A stretch of 64,000 nt of DNA from an uncultured delta proteobacterium (GCA_963845145.1 CAWJQU010000005.1:96001-160000); one strand, 5' to 3'; positions 9,670 through 20,472 are shown, counted from the stretch's first letter. Notes: generated by a model not told the origin, from the sequence alone. A program made the numbers and translations.

Positions 9670-10644
9670 TTAGAAATCAAGCGTCATCATTACCATTGCG
9701 CCCCGACTCCCAGGCGCCATTGATAAGCGAAAGTTGGTGAAAGGCGTTAAGCTCCTGATAAATCGCTCATTGGCGCGACGATTGAATTGGTGGGCTGAAT
9801 TGACGGCACTGTAGATGTTACCCACATAAAGGTTTAAGCTCACCAAACCGAGAAGGCTACCCAAACCCGGATGGTCATCTTCGAAGGCCTCATAGCTGCT
9901 CCAGATCGTAAGACCGTTTAGCACGAAGGCTGTCAATGCGTCTTGATACCGGCCCGAATACAGGTGCCCCAAGCCGGGAACAACCGCCAAAAAGCCTGCC
10001 AGCCGGGGACGTTTTTGTGGAATTGTGTTGATATCGGCCAGTCGTTCGGTAAGCGGTTCGACCGAATAGGCCTCCCGATTCTGATCTGATATAGCTTTTA
10101 ACCAGGTAAGCGCTTTTGGCCATTGGGCCGTCTGGATAAATATCCAGGCGCCAAGATACCGTGCCTCATCTCGAATGGCGGGGTCCTTGTAAATCGATAA
10201 AAAGTTATGAAGTGTAATCAGGGCTTGGTTGAAATCTTCCTGTTTGATCCGGGTACGTGCAAGCAATAAATAAAATGGCGCGGTGGCCATGGCATCCGGT
10301 TTTTTTTCGATAACGGTTTTGCAGGCGATGACGGCGTCTTCATAGCGAGCGCCCTTAAAATAGGCTTGGGCTGCTTGATAACGGGCTTTGTGAGCGCGAG
10401 GATCATTGGGAAAGAAAAAAACAAATCGGTCAAATTCACCTGCCGCTTTGATAAAATGACCCTTTGCCAATAACGTTTGGGCAAAATCGTATTGGTGGTC
10501 TTGATTCGCTAGGTGCTTAACAATTGAAAGTTCATCGGCCAAGAGAGCCTGTTGGCAAAAGCAAGTCAGCAGGTAAGTGGCGGCGATCAAAATAACCAGT
10601 CGCCGGGATAGACCAAGGCTTCCAATTGGGATAAATGAACTCAT
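9670..10644 (-). CDS. TPR protein with C-terminal hydrophobic (TM2/DUF5683-like) region
   Basis: Signal peptide; BamD/TPR-like helices; LAVVPGLGHLYSGRY motif; 4-bp overlap with gspE. Confidence 0.7.
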   Translation of the reverse strand: MSSFIPIGSLGLSRRLVILIAATYLLTCFCQQALLADELSIVKHLANQDHQYDFAQTLLAKGHFIKAAGEFDRFVFFFPNDPRAHKARYQAAQAYFKGARYEDAVIACKTVIEKKPDAMATAPFYLLLARTRIKQEDFNQALITLHNFLSIYKDPAIRDEARYLGAWIFIQTAQWPKALTWLKAISDQNREAYSVEPLTERLADINTIPQKRPRLAGFLAVVPGLGHLYSGRYQDALTAFVLNGLTIWSSYEAFEDDHPGLGSLLGLVSLNLYVGNIYSAVNSAHQFNRRANERFIRSLTPFTNFRLSMAPGSRGAMVMMTLDF

Positions 10645-12374
10645 TGGGTGATGCGTAAAATCTCCTCAATGGTCGATACACCGGCCAGAACCTTGCGGAT
10701 ACCGTCATCACGAAGAGTGGTCATGCCCCATTTAATCGCTTCTTGCTTGATTCGAAAGGAATCATGATTCTCAAGAAGTAAATTTTTTATACCATGCCCC
10801 AACACCATGATTTCAAAAATACCGATACGCCCGCGATAGCCGGTCTGGTAACATTTGGAACACCCCATGGCCTGATAGAGCCGCTTGCCGCGAACATCCT
10901 CAGCGGCCTGACCGAGAAGCTTCAGGGTCGCCTCATCCGGTTGATATGGTTTTTTGCAGTCATCGCATAGCACCCGAATCAGTCGTTGGGCGGCAACCGC
11001 ATTCACCGAAGATGCGATCAAAAACGGTTCCGTTCCGATATCAATCAGCCGGGTAATGGCACTGGCCGCGTCATTGGTATGAAGGGTGGAAAAGACGAGA
11101 TGACCGGTTAAGGCGGACTGAACGGCAATTTCGGCCGTTTCCTTATCCCGAATCTCCCCCACCAGAATGACATCCGGGTCTTGACGGACAATCGAGCGTA
11201 GCCCCCGGGCAAATGTCAATTCGATTTTTGGATTGACCTGAATTTGATTCACGCCATCAAGCTGGTATTCGACCGGGTCCTCGATGGTGATAATATTGAT
11301 ATCTGAATGGTTAATGGACGAGAGGATCGCATACAATGAGGTGGTTTTTCCGCTACCTGTAGGACCGGTAATAAGAAAAATGCCATTGGGCATGCCGATA
11401 ATTTTGTTCAATTCAGATAGCCCGTCAGCGGATAGCCCCAATTCCGACATATTTAGTAAAGAGCCGGACTTGTTCAAAAGCCGCAATACGACCCGTTCCC
11501 CAAATACGGTGGGTATCGTGGAAACGCGAATATCGATATCTTGATCGCCGATTTTGACATCGATACGACTGTCTTGAGGCAGGCGTTTCTCTGCGATATT
11601 CATCTTGGCCATGACCTTGATACGGCCGATCAGTGCAGATTGAATCCATTTCGGAGGGGTGAGCATGTCGTACAAGATTCCATCCACGCGATGGCGGACC
11701 TTAAAACTATCCGAGTACGGTTCAATATGTATATCACTTGCCTGGGCTTTAACAGCTTGAGAGATGATATGGTTTACCAATTTAATAATGGGTGCATCCG
11801 AGGTATCGTCCAGCAAATCGGCGGTATCTTCTATCTCGCTGATAATGGATGAGCTGTCTTCCTCCATATCCTGAACCAGCTGCTCAGCGGACCCTCGACT
11901 CATATTATAAGCCAGATTGATCGCCGATAAGATCGCTGCTTCGTCTGAAAGAACCAGTTGATATCGATCTAACGCCAGCAGCCTTACCAGGTCATCGAGT
12001 GGGTGAATAACCGTGGGATCATTGACGGCAATAATAAAATCGACGGATCCTTTTTGTTCCGGGACTTCAGCCCCATCTTCCGATGCTTTGGACGGAATCC
12101 CTAAAGGGAAAATGACATGTTTTTTTAAGAAACCGATGGGAAGGAGGTGGGTAAAATCAGCGTTTAACGCACCCAACGGAAGCTCCGGCCAATAGGGGAT
12201 ACCAAACTGGACACTTCGAGCCGTTAATAACTCAATTTCGGTAATAATATTTTTTTTTACCAGTTCCGCGCCGATATTCAATTCGCCGGTGAGCTCGTTT
12301 TCACGGATCTCCGAAATATCTTCCTCCGTTACACCGGAGATTTCTTCCAAAATTTTGGTCAATGGTTTTCGCAT
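10641..12374 (-). CDS. gspE: Type II secretion ATPase
   Basis: ASDIHIEP, Walker A GPTGSGKTT, IEDPVE, RQDPDVILVGEIRD, TGHLVFSTLHTN and a tetracysteine motif. Confidence 0.96.
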   Translation of the reverse strand: MRKPLTKILEEISGVTEEDISEIRENELTGELNIGAELVKKNIITEIELLTARSVQFGIPYWPELPLGALNADFTHLLPIGFLKKHVIFPLGIPSKASEDGAEVPEQKGSVDFIIAVNDPTVIHPLDDLVRLLALDRYQLVLSDEAAILSAINLAYNMSRGSAEQLVQDMEEDSSSIISEIEDTADLLDDTSDAPIIKLVNHIISQAVKAQASDIHIEPYSDSFKVRHRVDGILYDMLTPPKWIQSALIGRIKVMAKMNIAEKRLPQDSRIDVKIGDQDIDIRVSTIPTVFGERVVLRLLNKSGSLLNMSELGLSADGLSELNKIIGMPNGIFLITGPTGSGKTTSLYAILSSINHSDINIITIEDPVEYQLDGVNQIQVNPKIELTFARGLRSIVRQDPDVILVGEIRDKETAEIAVQSALTGHLVFSTLHTNDAASAITRLIDIGTEPFLIASSVNAVAAQRLIRVLCDDCKKPYQPDEATLKLLGQAAEDVRGKRLYQAMGCSKCYQTGYRGRIGIFEIMVLGHGIKNLLLENHDSFRIKQEAIKWGMTTLRDDGIRKVLAGVSTIEEILRITQ

Positions 12375-12439
12375 GGCCCCTGACTGTATATCGCTTGTAC
12401 GTTTAAAAAACGGCTAAAGAAGGATTCTTTACGAAACCA

Positions 12440-14500
12440 TTAAAATTTCCCGGTTTTTTGGACCGGGGTTTGGACCTGGGAAGGTTTGGATGATGCATCG
12501 TCCTCTGTTTCAGCGTCCTCCGTTTCAACTGGGTCGGGTTGAACCTTTTGATAAAGTTTAATTCTTCCCTCTTTAATGGTGTCATCAATATCCTTCCGTT
12601 TTAGACGGTAAAGAGCTTCTGCCTCAGTGGGATTATTGACAACGTGCGGCGTTAGAAAGACATAGAGGTTGGTTTTCTCTTTTGAATCGGATTTGGATTT
12701 AAACAACCATCCCAGGCCGGGAATATCCCCAATGCAGGGAATCTTCTCTGTGGAAACCGTTAGCGCGTCGTCAATGAGTCCGCCGATGACAATGGTATTT
12801 TTATCTTTTACAATAACGGTGGTATCAATGGCCCTTTTGAGGGTCGTCGGCCGCTCGGTTGTCTGAGAGGTCCCCTCGGACAGATCTTCCAGCCGGGTCA
12901 CTTCCTGCTGGATATTTAACCGGACGGTACGATCCTTACTGATATGAGGCGTAATTTTCAGGGTAAGACCGACATCACGATATTCAAATGTATTGAATGA
13001 CTCCACATTCGACGAACCCGATTTTGTCTGGTAGGGAACATTTTTCCCAACGGTGATGGTTGCCTCCTCATTATCTGTGGTCATGACCTGGGGTGTAGAA
13101 ATAATATTAACATTTTTGTTACCTTGCAGTACGTTGACCAAGGCCCCGATACCCGGAAACTCAACGCCACCGATTTCAAGCATCTGGCTGATAATACCAA
13201 CGGAGAATCCTTGGGAAAAACCACCGACACCCCCTTGCAATAAATTACCCAAATTACTGGTACCGCCCGGTCTGAAATTGCCGCCAATGCCGCCGGGCCG
13301 GTTATTGTAATCGATCTCCCGCATGGTAAGCCATTCCGCGCCAAAATTAAAATCGCTGTCGACCAGCACTTCCATGATCAAACTTTCGATGAATACCATG
13401 GCTCTGGGAATATCCAGCTTATTAATCATCTCCTCAAGAACGGGAAAATCATCCTTTTCCGCCATAATGACCAGGCTATTGGTGGATTTGTCGGGCATAA
13501 TTCGGACGTTCTGGGATATCATCGCCGTCTTTTTTCCCGGTTGCGTTTGATCGCTCTTATTGGCGGTAGCTGGCACCTCCTGAAGGACTTTGGCCATATC
13601 TTCAGCCATGGCGTTTTCCAAGTAAAAAACGCGTATCCTCTCGCTGCCGCGGGGCATTTTTTTGTCTAGAATGGTGATTAATTCGCGGGCCCGGGCAATA
13701 TCGTTTTCACTGGCCAACATCACGATGCTGTTCGTACGTTCATCGGCCATAAAGCGCTCCACCGGTTTAACCGCTCCTCCCTCCTGGGGAGTGGGCCTCC
13801 GGCCGCCGGTGGTTGGTGAAAAAACCGAGGTCAGCATTTTAACCAGCTTGGCAGCGTCGGAATATTCCAGGGGAATAACGGCGATCTCCTGCCCCACACC
13901 GGGCTTATCCACGATAGAGATAATCCGCATCAATCGTTGGATATTGGATTGAACATCGGTAATAATCAAGGTGTTGGTTTGTGTATAAGCCAGGATTACG
14001 CTGCTCTTGGAAACCAGTGGCGCCAACAGCCGCCTCAATTCAGAAGCATTGGCATACTCCAGGGGAATAAGCTGGGTGACGATATGATCGGAGGGACGGG
14101 TTTTAGGATCCGCGATAGAGGTGATGATGTTTTTGGAGCGGGCGTCGGTGGCCGGTATGATTTTGACTATCTCTCCGGCGCGAACGGTTGAAAAACCGTG
14201 GATTTCCAGGACCGATTCGAATACCTGATAGGCCTCGTCCAAAGAGATCTGGCCGGGCGAGTTAATGGTCACGTTCCCCTTCACCCGTTGATCCACAACA
14301 AAATTCGTGCCGGTCAATTCGCTGATGAATTTGATAAAAACGTTTATGTCCACATTGTTAAAATCGATGGACACAAACTGCTCATCGGTCTTCTTCGAAG
14401 CCGCTTGGCAATCATTCGAAAGAAAAGAGACAAACGAGAAGGCAAATACAAGTGCGCTGATCAGCGCTATGAGTCGAAACCGTTTCATAGATAAGCTCAA
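12440..14500 (-). CDS. gspD: Type II secretion secretin
   Basis: N0 domain (FNNVDINVFIKFISELTG), N-domains and a secretin core (YRDVGLTLKITPHI, IPGLGWLFKS, TNLYVFLTPHVV). Confidence 0.95.
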   Translation of the reverse strand: MSLSMKRFRLIALISALVFAFSFVSFLSNDCQAASKKTDEQFVSIDFNNVDINVFIKFISELTGTNFVVDQRVKGNVTINSPGQISLDEAYQVFESVLEIHGFSTVRAGEIVKIIPATDARSKNIITSIADPKTRPSDHIVTQLIPLEYANASELRRLLAPLVSKSSVILAYTQTNTLIITDVQSNIQRLMRIISIVDKPGVGQEIAVIPLEYSDAAKLVKMLTSVFSPTTGGRRPTPQEGGAVKPVERFMADERTNSIVMLASENDIARARELITILDKKMPRGSERIRVFYLENAMAEDMAKVLQEVPATANKSDQTQPGKKTAMISQNVRIMPDKSTNSLVIMAEKDDFPVLEEMINKLDIPRAMVFIESLIMEVLVDSDFNFGAEWLTMREIDYNNRPGGIGGNFRPGGTSNLGNLLQGGVGGFSQGFSVGIISQMLEIGGVEFPGIGALVNVLQGNKNVNIISTPQVMTTDNEEATITVGKNVPYQTKSGSSNVESFNTFEYRDVGLTLKITPHISKDRTVRLNIQQEVTRLEDLSEGTSQTTERPTTLKRAIDTTVIVKDKNTIVIGGLIDDALTVSTEKIPCIGDIPGLGWLFKSKSDSKEKTNLYVFLTPHVVNNPTEAEALYRLKRKDIDDTIKEGRIKLYQKVQPDPVETEDAETEDDASSKPSQVQTPVQKTGKF

Positions 14501-14518
14501 AATATATATAATATCCCC

Positions 14519-15409
14519 CTAATCTTCAACCCGATATTGAATGGATTTATCCTGTCCCCTTCGGCGGAGTTGAAGATCCACATTGGACGCACTTTTCAAA
14601 CTAGTGTAAAACTTTAAAGCATCGTCCACCGATTCGATTGGTTTGCCGTTAACACCGGTAATAATGTCGCCGTTTCTAAAACCGATTTCGGTAAAGATCG
14701 TTCCGGGCCGAACGCCGGTTAGCCTTAACCCATCCGGCTTTCCATTGGAGAAATGAGGCCGTATGCGAACATGTTTCATCAACTGATTGACATTTTGAAT
14801 GGCATCTTCAATGCGACTACGCTGAATCACAACCTCTTTGCCATCTTTTTCTCCCACTTCTCCGGATTCTCCAGGCGGTACCGAAGGCACGGACTTGGCT
14901 ACGGCGGCACGTCCTTTTTGTACCGGACGCTCAATGGCAAGCACCTCTCTTTTACCATTGACCCCCAAAACGACCTTTTCCCTTAAAATCATCTCCACGC
15001 TGGCCGACTCGACCTGATCACCCACCGAAAAAAGACGCTGTTTTCGGGTGGCCTTCTCTTCGATCACCGCAAACGTTTTACCGGCAATGCCATGAACGGT
15101 ACCCCAAAGCTTCAACCCGAGCGTCGTTTGCTGCAAAGCCTTTACGTCTACTTCGCTGTTGTCGGTCTTTATGGGCTCTGCGGTCGCTGCGTTGAACAGG
15201 TTTCGGTCAATGGCCGTTTGATAGTATGTCACAGGTCGGTTGATAGTGTCGCGGTTTTGAACCTGCGAGCTGGATTGAACCTCTGCCGAACCGTGAAATA
15301 CCGGGGTAGTCTCAAATTGATTCGCAACGACCCGATAAAATATAAACGTGCCGGCGTATGCGATGGCGATGACCAATGCCAGCTGTACGATAGTAAAATA
15401 GCGCGCCAT
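14519..15409 (-). CDS. gspC: Type II secretion protein C with PDZ domain
   Basis: N-terminal TM, HR domain (LKLWGTV...AVIEE) and PDZ (GFRNGDIITGVNG). Confidence 0.9.
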   Translation of the reverse strand: MARYFTIVQLALVIAIAYAGTFIFYRVVANQFETTPVFHGSAEVQSSSQVQNRDTINRPVTYYQTAIDRNLFNAATAEPIKTDNSEVDVKALQQTTLGLKLWGTVHGIAGKTFAVIEEKATRKQRLFSVGDQVESASVEMILREKVVLGVNGKREVLAIERPVQKGRAAVAKSVPSVPPGESGEVGEKDGKEVVIQRSRIEDAIQNVNQLMKHVRIRPHFSNGKPDGLRLTGVRPGTIFTEIGFRNGDIITGVNGKPIESVDDALKFYTSLKSASNVDLQLRRRGQDKSIQYRVED

Positions 15410-15415
15410 AAGAGA

Positions 15416-16282
15416 TCACCGCATGCCTAAACGTGGATTATCAACAGTCCCTGAAACAGTAATGGGCAACCCATTATTAAGGGATTTTTTATCCGGCCAG
15501 AGTGGCGCCGGTATTTTCTTTTTTAACTGGGCCATAAATTCTGCTTGCAGGCGGACATTGCCTTTTAATTCCAAGCCGGTTCTTTGTATCGGACGCTTCA
15601 AATTGACCTGGCCTTCAAAACGGGCATTTACCTGCGTTCCGGTCATTTCCAAACGATTGATCTTCAGCGTACGACCCGCGATCGTCAACCCCATATCAAT
15701 ACGACTGAAACGTAGGCTTTTTATGTCAAAAGGGGCCTTGGCAAGGTGAACGGTACAATCCGTAAATATAAGGTCTATCTGGCCTTGGTCAGGTGTTTGT
15801 CTTTTGGTTACATGGACAATTTTTCCCTCAACGTTTCCCGCTATGCTCACATTTGGTATTGCACGTATGCCATCAATGTCTTCCAGCTTAATTCCATTAA
15901 GATTGAGTTGAAAACTTCTTTCTCCCTCGGACGAATCGCCATTGCGTTTAATCTTGCCTCGAAAGCGACCGTCACGAACATGGCCTTTAAATGCAACAAT
16001 CGTTCCACTATTAAAAAATATCGCCCGCCCGGGGCGTATGCGTGCCGATGAAACCGTCAAAACGGGTTTTTGCAGATGATACACTGTACCATCACTCACT
16101 TTAACATAGGGCGGATAATACAACCCCAAATCATCAAATGCCACACGAAAATCAGGGTTCAGTCGGTAGATTTGATTATCGATATAATCTTCAAGCGCCT
16201 CTTTCGGAAAAAGGTAATATAGAAAAAAGGTGGCTGCGATAACCGCAACGATAATATAGAGACTTGTTTTTTTCACAACCAT
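15416..16282 (-). CDS. gspN: Type II secretion protein N
   Basis: N-terminal TM (FLYYLFP), beta-rich body ending ITVSGTVDNPR, and operon position. Confidence 0.8.
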   Translation of the reverse strand: MVVKKTSLYIIVAVIAATFFLYYLFPKEALEDYIDNQIYRLNPDFRVAFDDLGLYYPPYVKVSDGTVYHLQKPVLTVSSARIRPGRAIFFNSGTIVAFKGHVRDGRFRGKIKRNGDSSEGERSFQLNLNGIKLEDIDGIRAIPNVSIAGNVEGKIVHVTKRQTPDQGQIDLIFTDCTVHLAKAPFDIKSLRFSRIDMGLTIAGRTLKINRLEMTGTQVNARFEGQVNLKRPIQRTGLELKGNVRLQAEFMAQLKKKIPAPLWPDKKSLNNGLPITVSGTVDNPRLGMR

Positions 16283-16355
16283 TCAAATCCGGATGCCAAC
16301 CTTCACTCGGCTCTCTTGAAATGAGGCGGCTTAATTGTCATTGATAATTTTTATA

Positions 16356-16880
16356 TTAGGCGATGGTTTCCATCAAAAGCGTCACATCCAGAAAACCTTT
16401 TTTCTTTCCCGAATTTGAAATGGAAGCACGCTTTACGAACACGTTGTTTCCAGACGTTTCAACCATATGCAGATAATTCATCAACTGCTTTAGCGTCACA
16501 CCACTCAATTTCATCTCGACCACATCCACTTTAAACGGGGAACCCTTTTTTTCTATGGTCGAAGGCCTCATGTAGGCGATACTATTCCTGCTGATCTGTG
16601 CTTTTTCAGAAACGCTGTTCAGAAATGAATACAGCGTAAAATCCCCTCTTTCTTTCACCTTATTATGCGAAAGATCGTTCGATTGCTTAAAATTGATATA
16701 ATCGGCCTTAAGGGCCTGCATTTCCAACATAGCTACTTTTTTAGCGTCGATCTGGCGACCCCATTTATCAAGCGCCTCCAGGTAGGGGAATACCACAAGT
16801 TTTGCGACGATGAAGACAATGAGCCCTATGCCGGCGGCCCAAACCGCTAATTTTTCCCTTTTATTTAGTTGAATTGCCAT
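16356..16880 (-). CDS. gspM: Type II secretion protein M
   Basis: LNKREK followed by TM, coiled coil and a ferredoxin-like domain; follows gspL. Confidence 0.85.
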   Translation of the reverse strand: MAIQLNKREKLAVWAAGIGLIVFIVAKLVVFPYLEALDKWGRQIDAKKVAMLEMQALKADYINFKQSNDLSHNKVKERGDFTLYSFLNSVSEKAQISRNSIAYMRPSTIEKKGSPFKVDVVEMKLSGVTLKQLMNYLHMVETSGNNVFVKRASISNSGKKKGFLDVTLLMETIA

Positions 16881-16899
16881 AACGATTTTTTTTATCGCA

Positions 16900-18378
16900 T
16901 CATGTGTCTTGGGGATTTAATTTATTGTCAAAAACAAGCCTAATTTTAAAATCAACCCGTTGACCGGTCTTGTTCCGATTAGCGGAACTAATGATGGCCG
17001 TGGCCACCCAACTGGCTTTTTCCAAATCGGAACGCATATCATTAACCATCTCAAAATTGTCGGCGTGACCCGACAGTGTCATATTTTCAGGCCCGATCGT
17101 CACATCGGTAAAAGTGACATCCAATTTTTCCGGAATGAGGCGACTGATATCATTCAGCACATCAATAACAGCAACCTTCCTATCCGTAACACCCAATTGC
17201 TTTATTCGATCTTTTTCCTCCCGAATTTTTACTTTCATCTGTTGCAATGGGTCGACAATACGACGCACTTCAGGAAAGGTTTCCTTAAACACGCCGGCCG
17301 TTTGCTCATTCAGCTGGTACAATGTTTTCTTAGTATAGTATCCGTCTAATATTATAGCAGAAATACTAAAAAGCAATAACACGCCTAACAAAACGGCGGT
17401 TTTAATAAGCGGGACCCGCTGTTCGGTCAAAAACAACCGTTTTCCAAACCCTCCCCGACGAAAATCGAGAATTTTTACCCCTTTAGTTCGAGCTAAAATG
17501 AGAGCCATAGCATTATTCAATTGCCCTATCGGCTGCGTATCCGGCGCGGATGGCATTGACAACTCGGCCGCCTCAAAGAGATTAAAGGATCTGACCGCAC
17601 AGCCGCAATTTTCCTCTAACGCCAAATCAATGTCGTCATTTTCACCGGTCCCGGCCTGATTGAGATAGACGGACTGTAAATCGAAATCGGTATTGAATTG
17701 TTCCTCAAAAGCTGAAATCGTTTGATTGAGATTAACATTGATAAAAGCCGCCATAGAGTTAAGGCCCGATGAAAGGTGAAATGATCGCACCATGGCGATT
17801 TGCCCGGATAGCAAAAGAAACACACTCGTAATTCCGTCATCCACGGTGACCAAAGCCGTCTTGTCGGCAATATCGATAAACTTCGGCAAACATCCGGCCA
17901 ACGCAAATGACCCGGCGGTGATGAGGTCCGGGTCCATTTTTGTTTTGGTAAGAAGATCTAAACACGTTTTCAAACGATCCCGCTCGACCCCCGCCGCCAA
18001 AATGTAGTCGGAGTTGTCAATATCGCCTACCATCAGGGGTAAAAAATCAAAAGTAAATAACTCGACGGGCTGGGCGATCAAAGGTTCCATTTCATATGGA
18101 AGGACTTGTCGAATTTTACTCTTTCCCTTGATGGGTATATTGACATTGCGATAAATCATCCATTCCGCCGGCAACGCCACCTGACAAAAAAGATCCCTGG
18201 TATCAATCCGTCCTACGATTTGATCAAAGGCTTCCGACAGTTGCAACGCAAATTCTCCCTGGCCGGATAAGGGTACCTCAAAATGCGTTTCAATTTTTTC
18301 AATTTTGAATCCGGAGCGGACAATGACACCGTTAACGGTGTGATTCCTGATGTCAAGCCCCAGAATACGGCTGCTCAT
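16900..18378 (-). CDS. gspL: Type II secretion protein L
   Basis: Actin-like N-terminal domain (ILGLDI), TM, FPEVRRIVDPLQQM and a PilN-like C-terminus. Confidence 0.88.
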   Translation of the reverse strand: MSSRILGLDIRNHTVNGVIVRSGFKIEKIETHFEVPLSGQGEFALQLSEAFDQIVGRIDTRDLFCQVALPAEWMIYRNVNIPIKGKSKIRQVLPYEMEPLIAQPVELFTFDFLPLMVGDIDNSDYILAAGVERDRLKTCLDLLTKTKMDPDLITAGSFALAGCLPKFIDIADKTALVTVDDGITSVFLLLSGQIAMVRSFHLSSGLNSMAAFINVNLNQTISAFEEQFNTDFDLQSVYLNQAGTGENDDIDLALEENCGCAVRSFNLFEAAELSMPSAPDTQPIGQLNNAMALILARTKGVKILDFRRGGFGKRLFLTEQRVPLIKTAVLLGVLLLFSISAIILDGYYTKKTLYQLNEQTAGVFKETFPEVRRIVDPLQQMKVKIREEKDRIKQLGVTDRKVAVIDVLNDISRLIPEKLDVTFTDVTIGPENMTLSGHADNFEMVNDMRSDLEKASWVATAIISSANRNKTGQRVDFKIRLVFDNKLNPQDT

Positions 18379-18485
18379 TTTATCACCTGTTTGGCCGGAA
18401 ATAACCTTTTATATTGTGCCGTAATAATCGACTCAAGCCAGCTATTTTGTTATATCCAATATAAAATAATACGCTCGAAGTTCCC

Positions 18486-19613
18486 TTATGAAGCGGGGAG
18501 GGGTTCCTCGTTTTCACCTTTATCGATCTTCGGATCAATTAATACTTGCCGCTGGTTGATAACCCGACAATGCCATCGACCGCTCTTTTTATTTTTTTCT
18601 CTTTGCACCACCGATGATAATTTGACGCTAATATTGTTTTTAACCGCAGTCGCGTCGATACGGAAGAGATCACTTGAATGTGTCAATAACGCTGAATCAA
18701 TGGTCACGTCTTGCATACCTGGAATTTTTTTATACCACATCGGCTGGGAAAGATCATGAATAAACTGGCCCTCTTCGGCGGTACTGCGATACTCAACAAT
18801 TTGTGGGGCAAGATCCACATGTTCAAGGGGCAACATAGCGGCAATTACCGGTAACTTGGCAGTATTTATATTTATTTTACCGCTAAATGTAAAACCTCTT
18901 CCTTTGGCGGTACTCATCCCGTGAACGGTCAAACATTGCGAAAGGCCCACGATTTCATTTGTTCCATCAAAAAGCTCGCTGGAGATCCCTTTGATCAAGG
19001 TCAACTCATGAATATGCTTCAAAGGGCCATTGCGGCAGGAATAAGGGGAGTCAAGATCCATGTAGTAATCGGACTCCGCTCCGCTTAAACCGGTTATGGC
19101 ATCATCATCGCCCCGATCAAGCCAATCTTTAACCGGGTTGATCACCTCTGCGGGTTCCAAATCTTCAAACAATTCCACCCCCGCTGAAAGGGCTTCAAGG
19201 AATCGAAGCCACAAGCGATGTTGAACCGGATTAAAGCTGCGCCCTTTGGGATAATCTACCAGGGCGTTAATCTGAATGTGAGCCAGCTCGTCATTAATGA
19301 CAAGTTCAAGCTCTCCGCCATCGAAGGGTAACGCCCCTACTGCGTCCTTTAGATATTCTGGATCAGCCCAGTCTTCCTGGACTGAATCGATAACAGATTC
19401 CATTTTATCGATCACCAGAATAGCCATTCCCGCCTGAATACCGGCTTCGGCCATTGCTTCAAGGGCCAGACGTTCCCCAAAAACATTTCCGGTGATTGCT
19501 TCGTTTCGTATCTGCCGGTTGAGTGTCACGGCAACACTGATCAATACGGTAATGACCGTCAACGTAACCAGCAAAGCAACACCGCGGTTATTAGTATACA
19601 TTCGTATCATCAC
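18486..19613 (-). CDS. gspK: Minor pseudopilin K
   Basis: RGVALLVTL prepilin leader lacking E5; DWLDRGDDD, ELTLIKGI and ININTA motifs. Confidence 0.92.
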   Translation of the reverse strand: MMIRMYTNNRGVALLVTLTVITVLISVAVTLNRQIRNEAITGNVFGERLALEAMAEAGIQAGMAILVIDKMESVIDSVQEDWADPEYLKDAVGALPFDGGELELVINDELAHIQINALVDYPKGRSFNPVQHRLWLRFLEALSAGVELFEDLEPAEVINPVKDWLDRGDDDAITGLSGAESDYYMDLDSPYSCRNGPLKHIHELTLIKGISSELFDGTNEIVGLSQCLTVHGMSTAKGRGFTFSGKININTAKLPVIAAMLPLEHVDLAPQIVEYRSTAEEGQFIHDLSQPMWYKKIPGMQDVTIDSALLTHSSDLFRIDATAVKNNISVKLSSVVQREKNKKSGRWHCRVINQRQVLIDPKIDKGENEEPLPAS

Positions 19614-19712
19614 AGGCTGTCCACTTTGTCCCTCGTCGTTTTTTTAAGATAATCATCAATTTTCGACGACGATTAGGGGTGATAAATACATTACCAAACA
19701 AGAAATGACAAT

Positions 19713-20450
19713 TCACTCGGCATCAGGCGCCGTACGGTAAACATTTAGAAGAACGCGCGTGCTGAAAATTTGGGTGTCCTTTTCATCCCCAATTTCGAGC
19801 CTGATCCCAACCGCCGACGGCGTTGAAAATTCATTTGATTCTGATTCCGAGTCCCAGGTATCGTAGGATCGCCCGGTATTATCATAATAGGTCAAGGAAA
19901 ATGAACGAATGGGCCCACACAATACCGGATCCGCCGGGTCTGCTTCAAAAGCATCATAAGGAAATAACTGATCCGCCCGGTGAAGGTGGTACTGATCGTT
20001 GTCATCACGTTGAACATAGTAAACAATTTGAGCGATTCCAAATGAACGGCTCGGACGAATCGGCAAATGAGCAAAAGAGGTAAATCGCAGGCTGGCATAA
20101 GTTTCGCTTCCGATCGTTTCATTGGTACCCACCACCCGATAAGGATCCGGATCGGAATTGATCTCAGGTTTGGAATACTCAGGTGGTAGAGAGGCATGCA
20201 AAGCCTTTAGATCATTCGTCATTCGATCAAGACAAATTCGACCCATCTCAACCAGTTTACGGTTCCTGGAAACAATTTCCACCTGTTCGGAAGTGGCCCG
20301 ATAGGACCCAAATACCGTTGTAACAATGACGGCAAAAATGAAAATAGCGATTAAAATCTCGGCGACAGTGAATCCTGACTGGTTTTCTGTAAATTCACCA
20401 GTAAATAGGGCTCTGAAGTGCTTTAACCGTGGTGTTTGCATGGCCATCAT
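19713..20450 (-). CDS. gspJ: Minor pseudopilin J
   Basis: GFTVAEILIA class III signal and operon position. Confidence 0.85.
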   Translation of the reverse strand: MMAMQTPRLKHFRALFTGEFTENQSGFTVAEILIAIFIFAVIVTTVFGSYRATSEQVEIVSRNRKLVEMGRICLDRMTNDLKALHASLPPEYSKPEINSDPDPYRVVGTNETIGSETYASLRFTSFAHLPIRPSRSFGIAQIVYYVQRDDNDQYHLHRADQLFPYDAFEADPADPVLCGPIRSFSLTYYDNTGRSYDTWDSESESNEFSTPSAVGIRLEIGDEKDTQIFSTRVLLNVYRTAPDAE

Positions 20451-20472
20451 TCCGCCCCCGTCCGCCGGTGCA

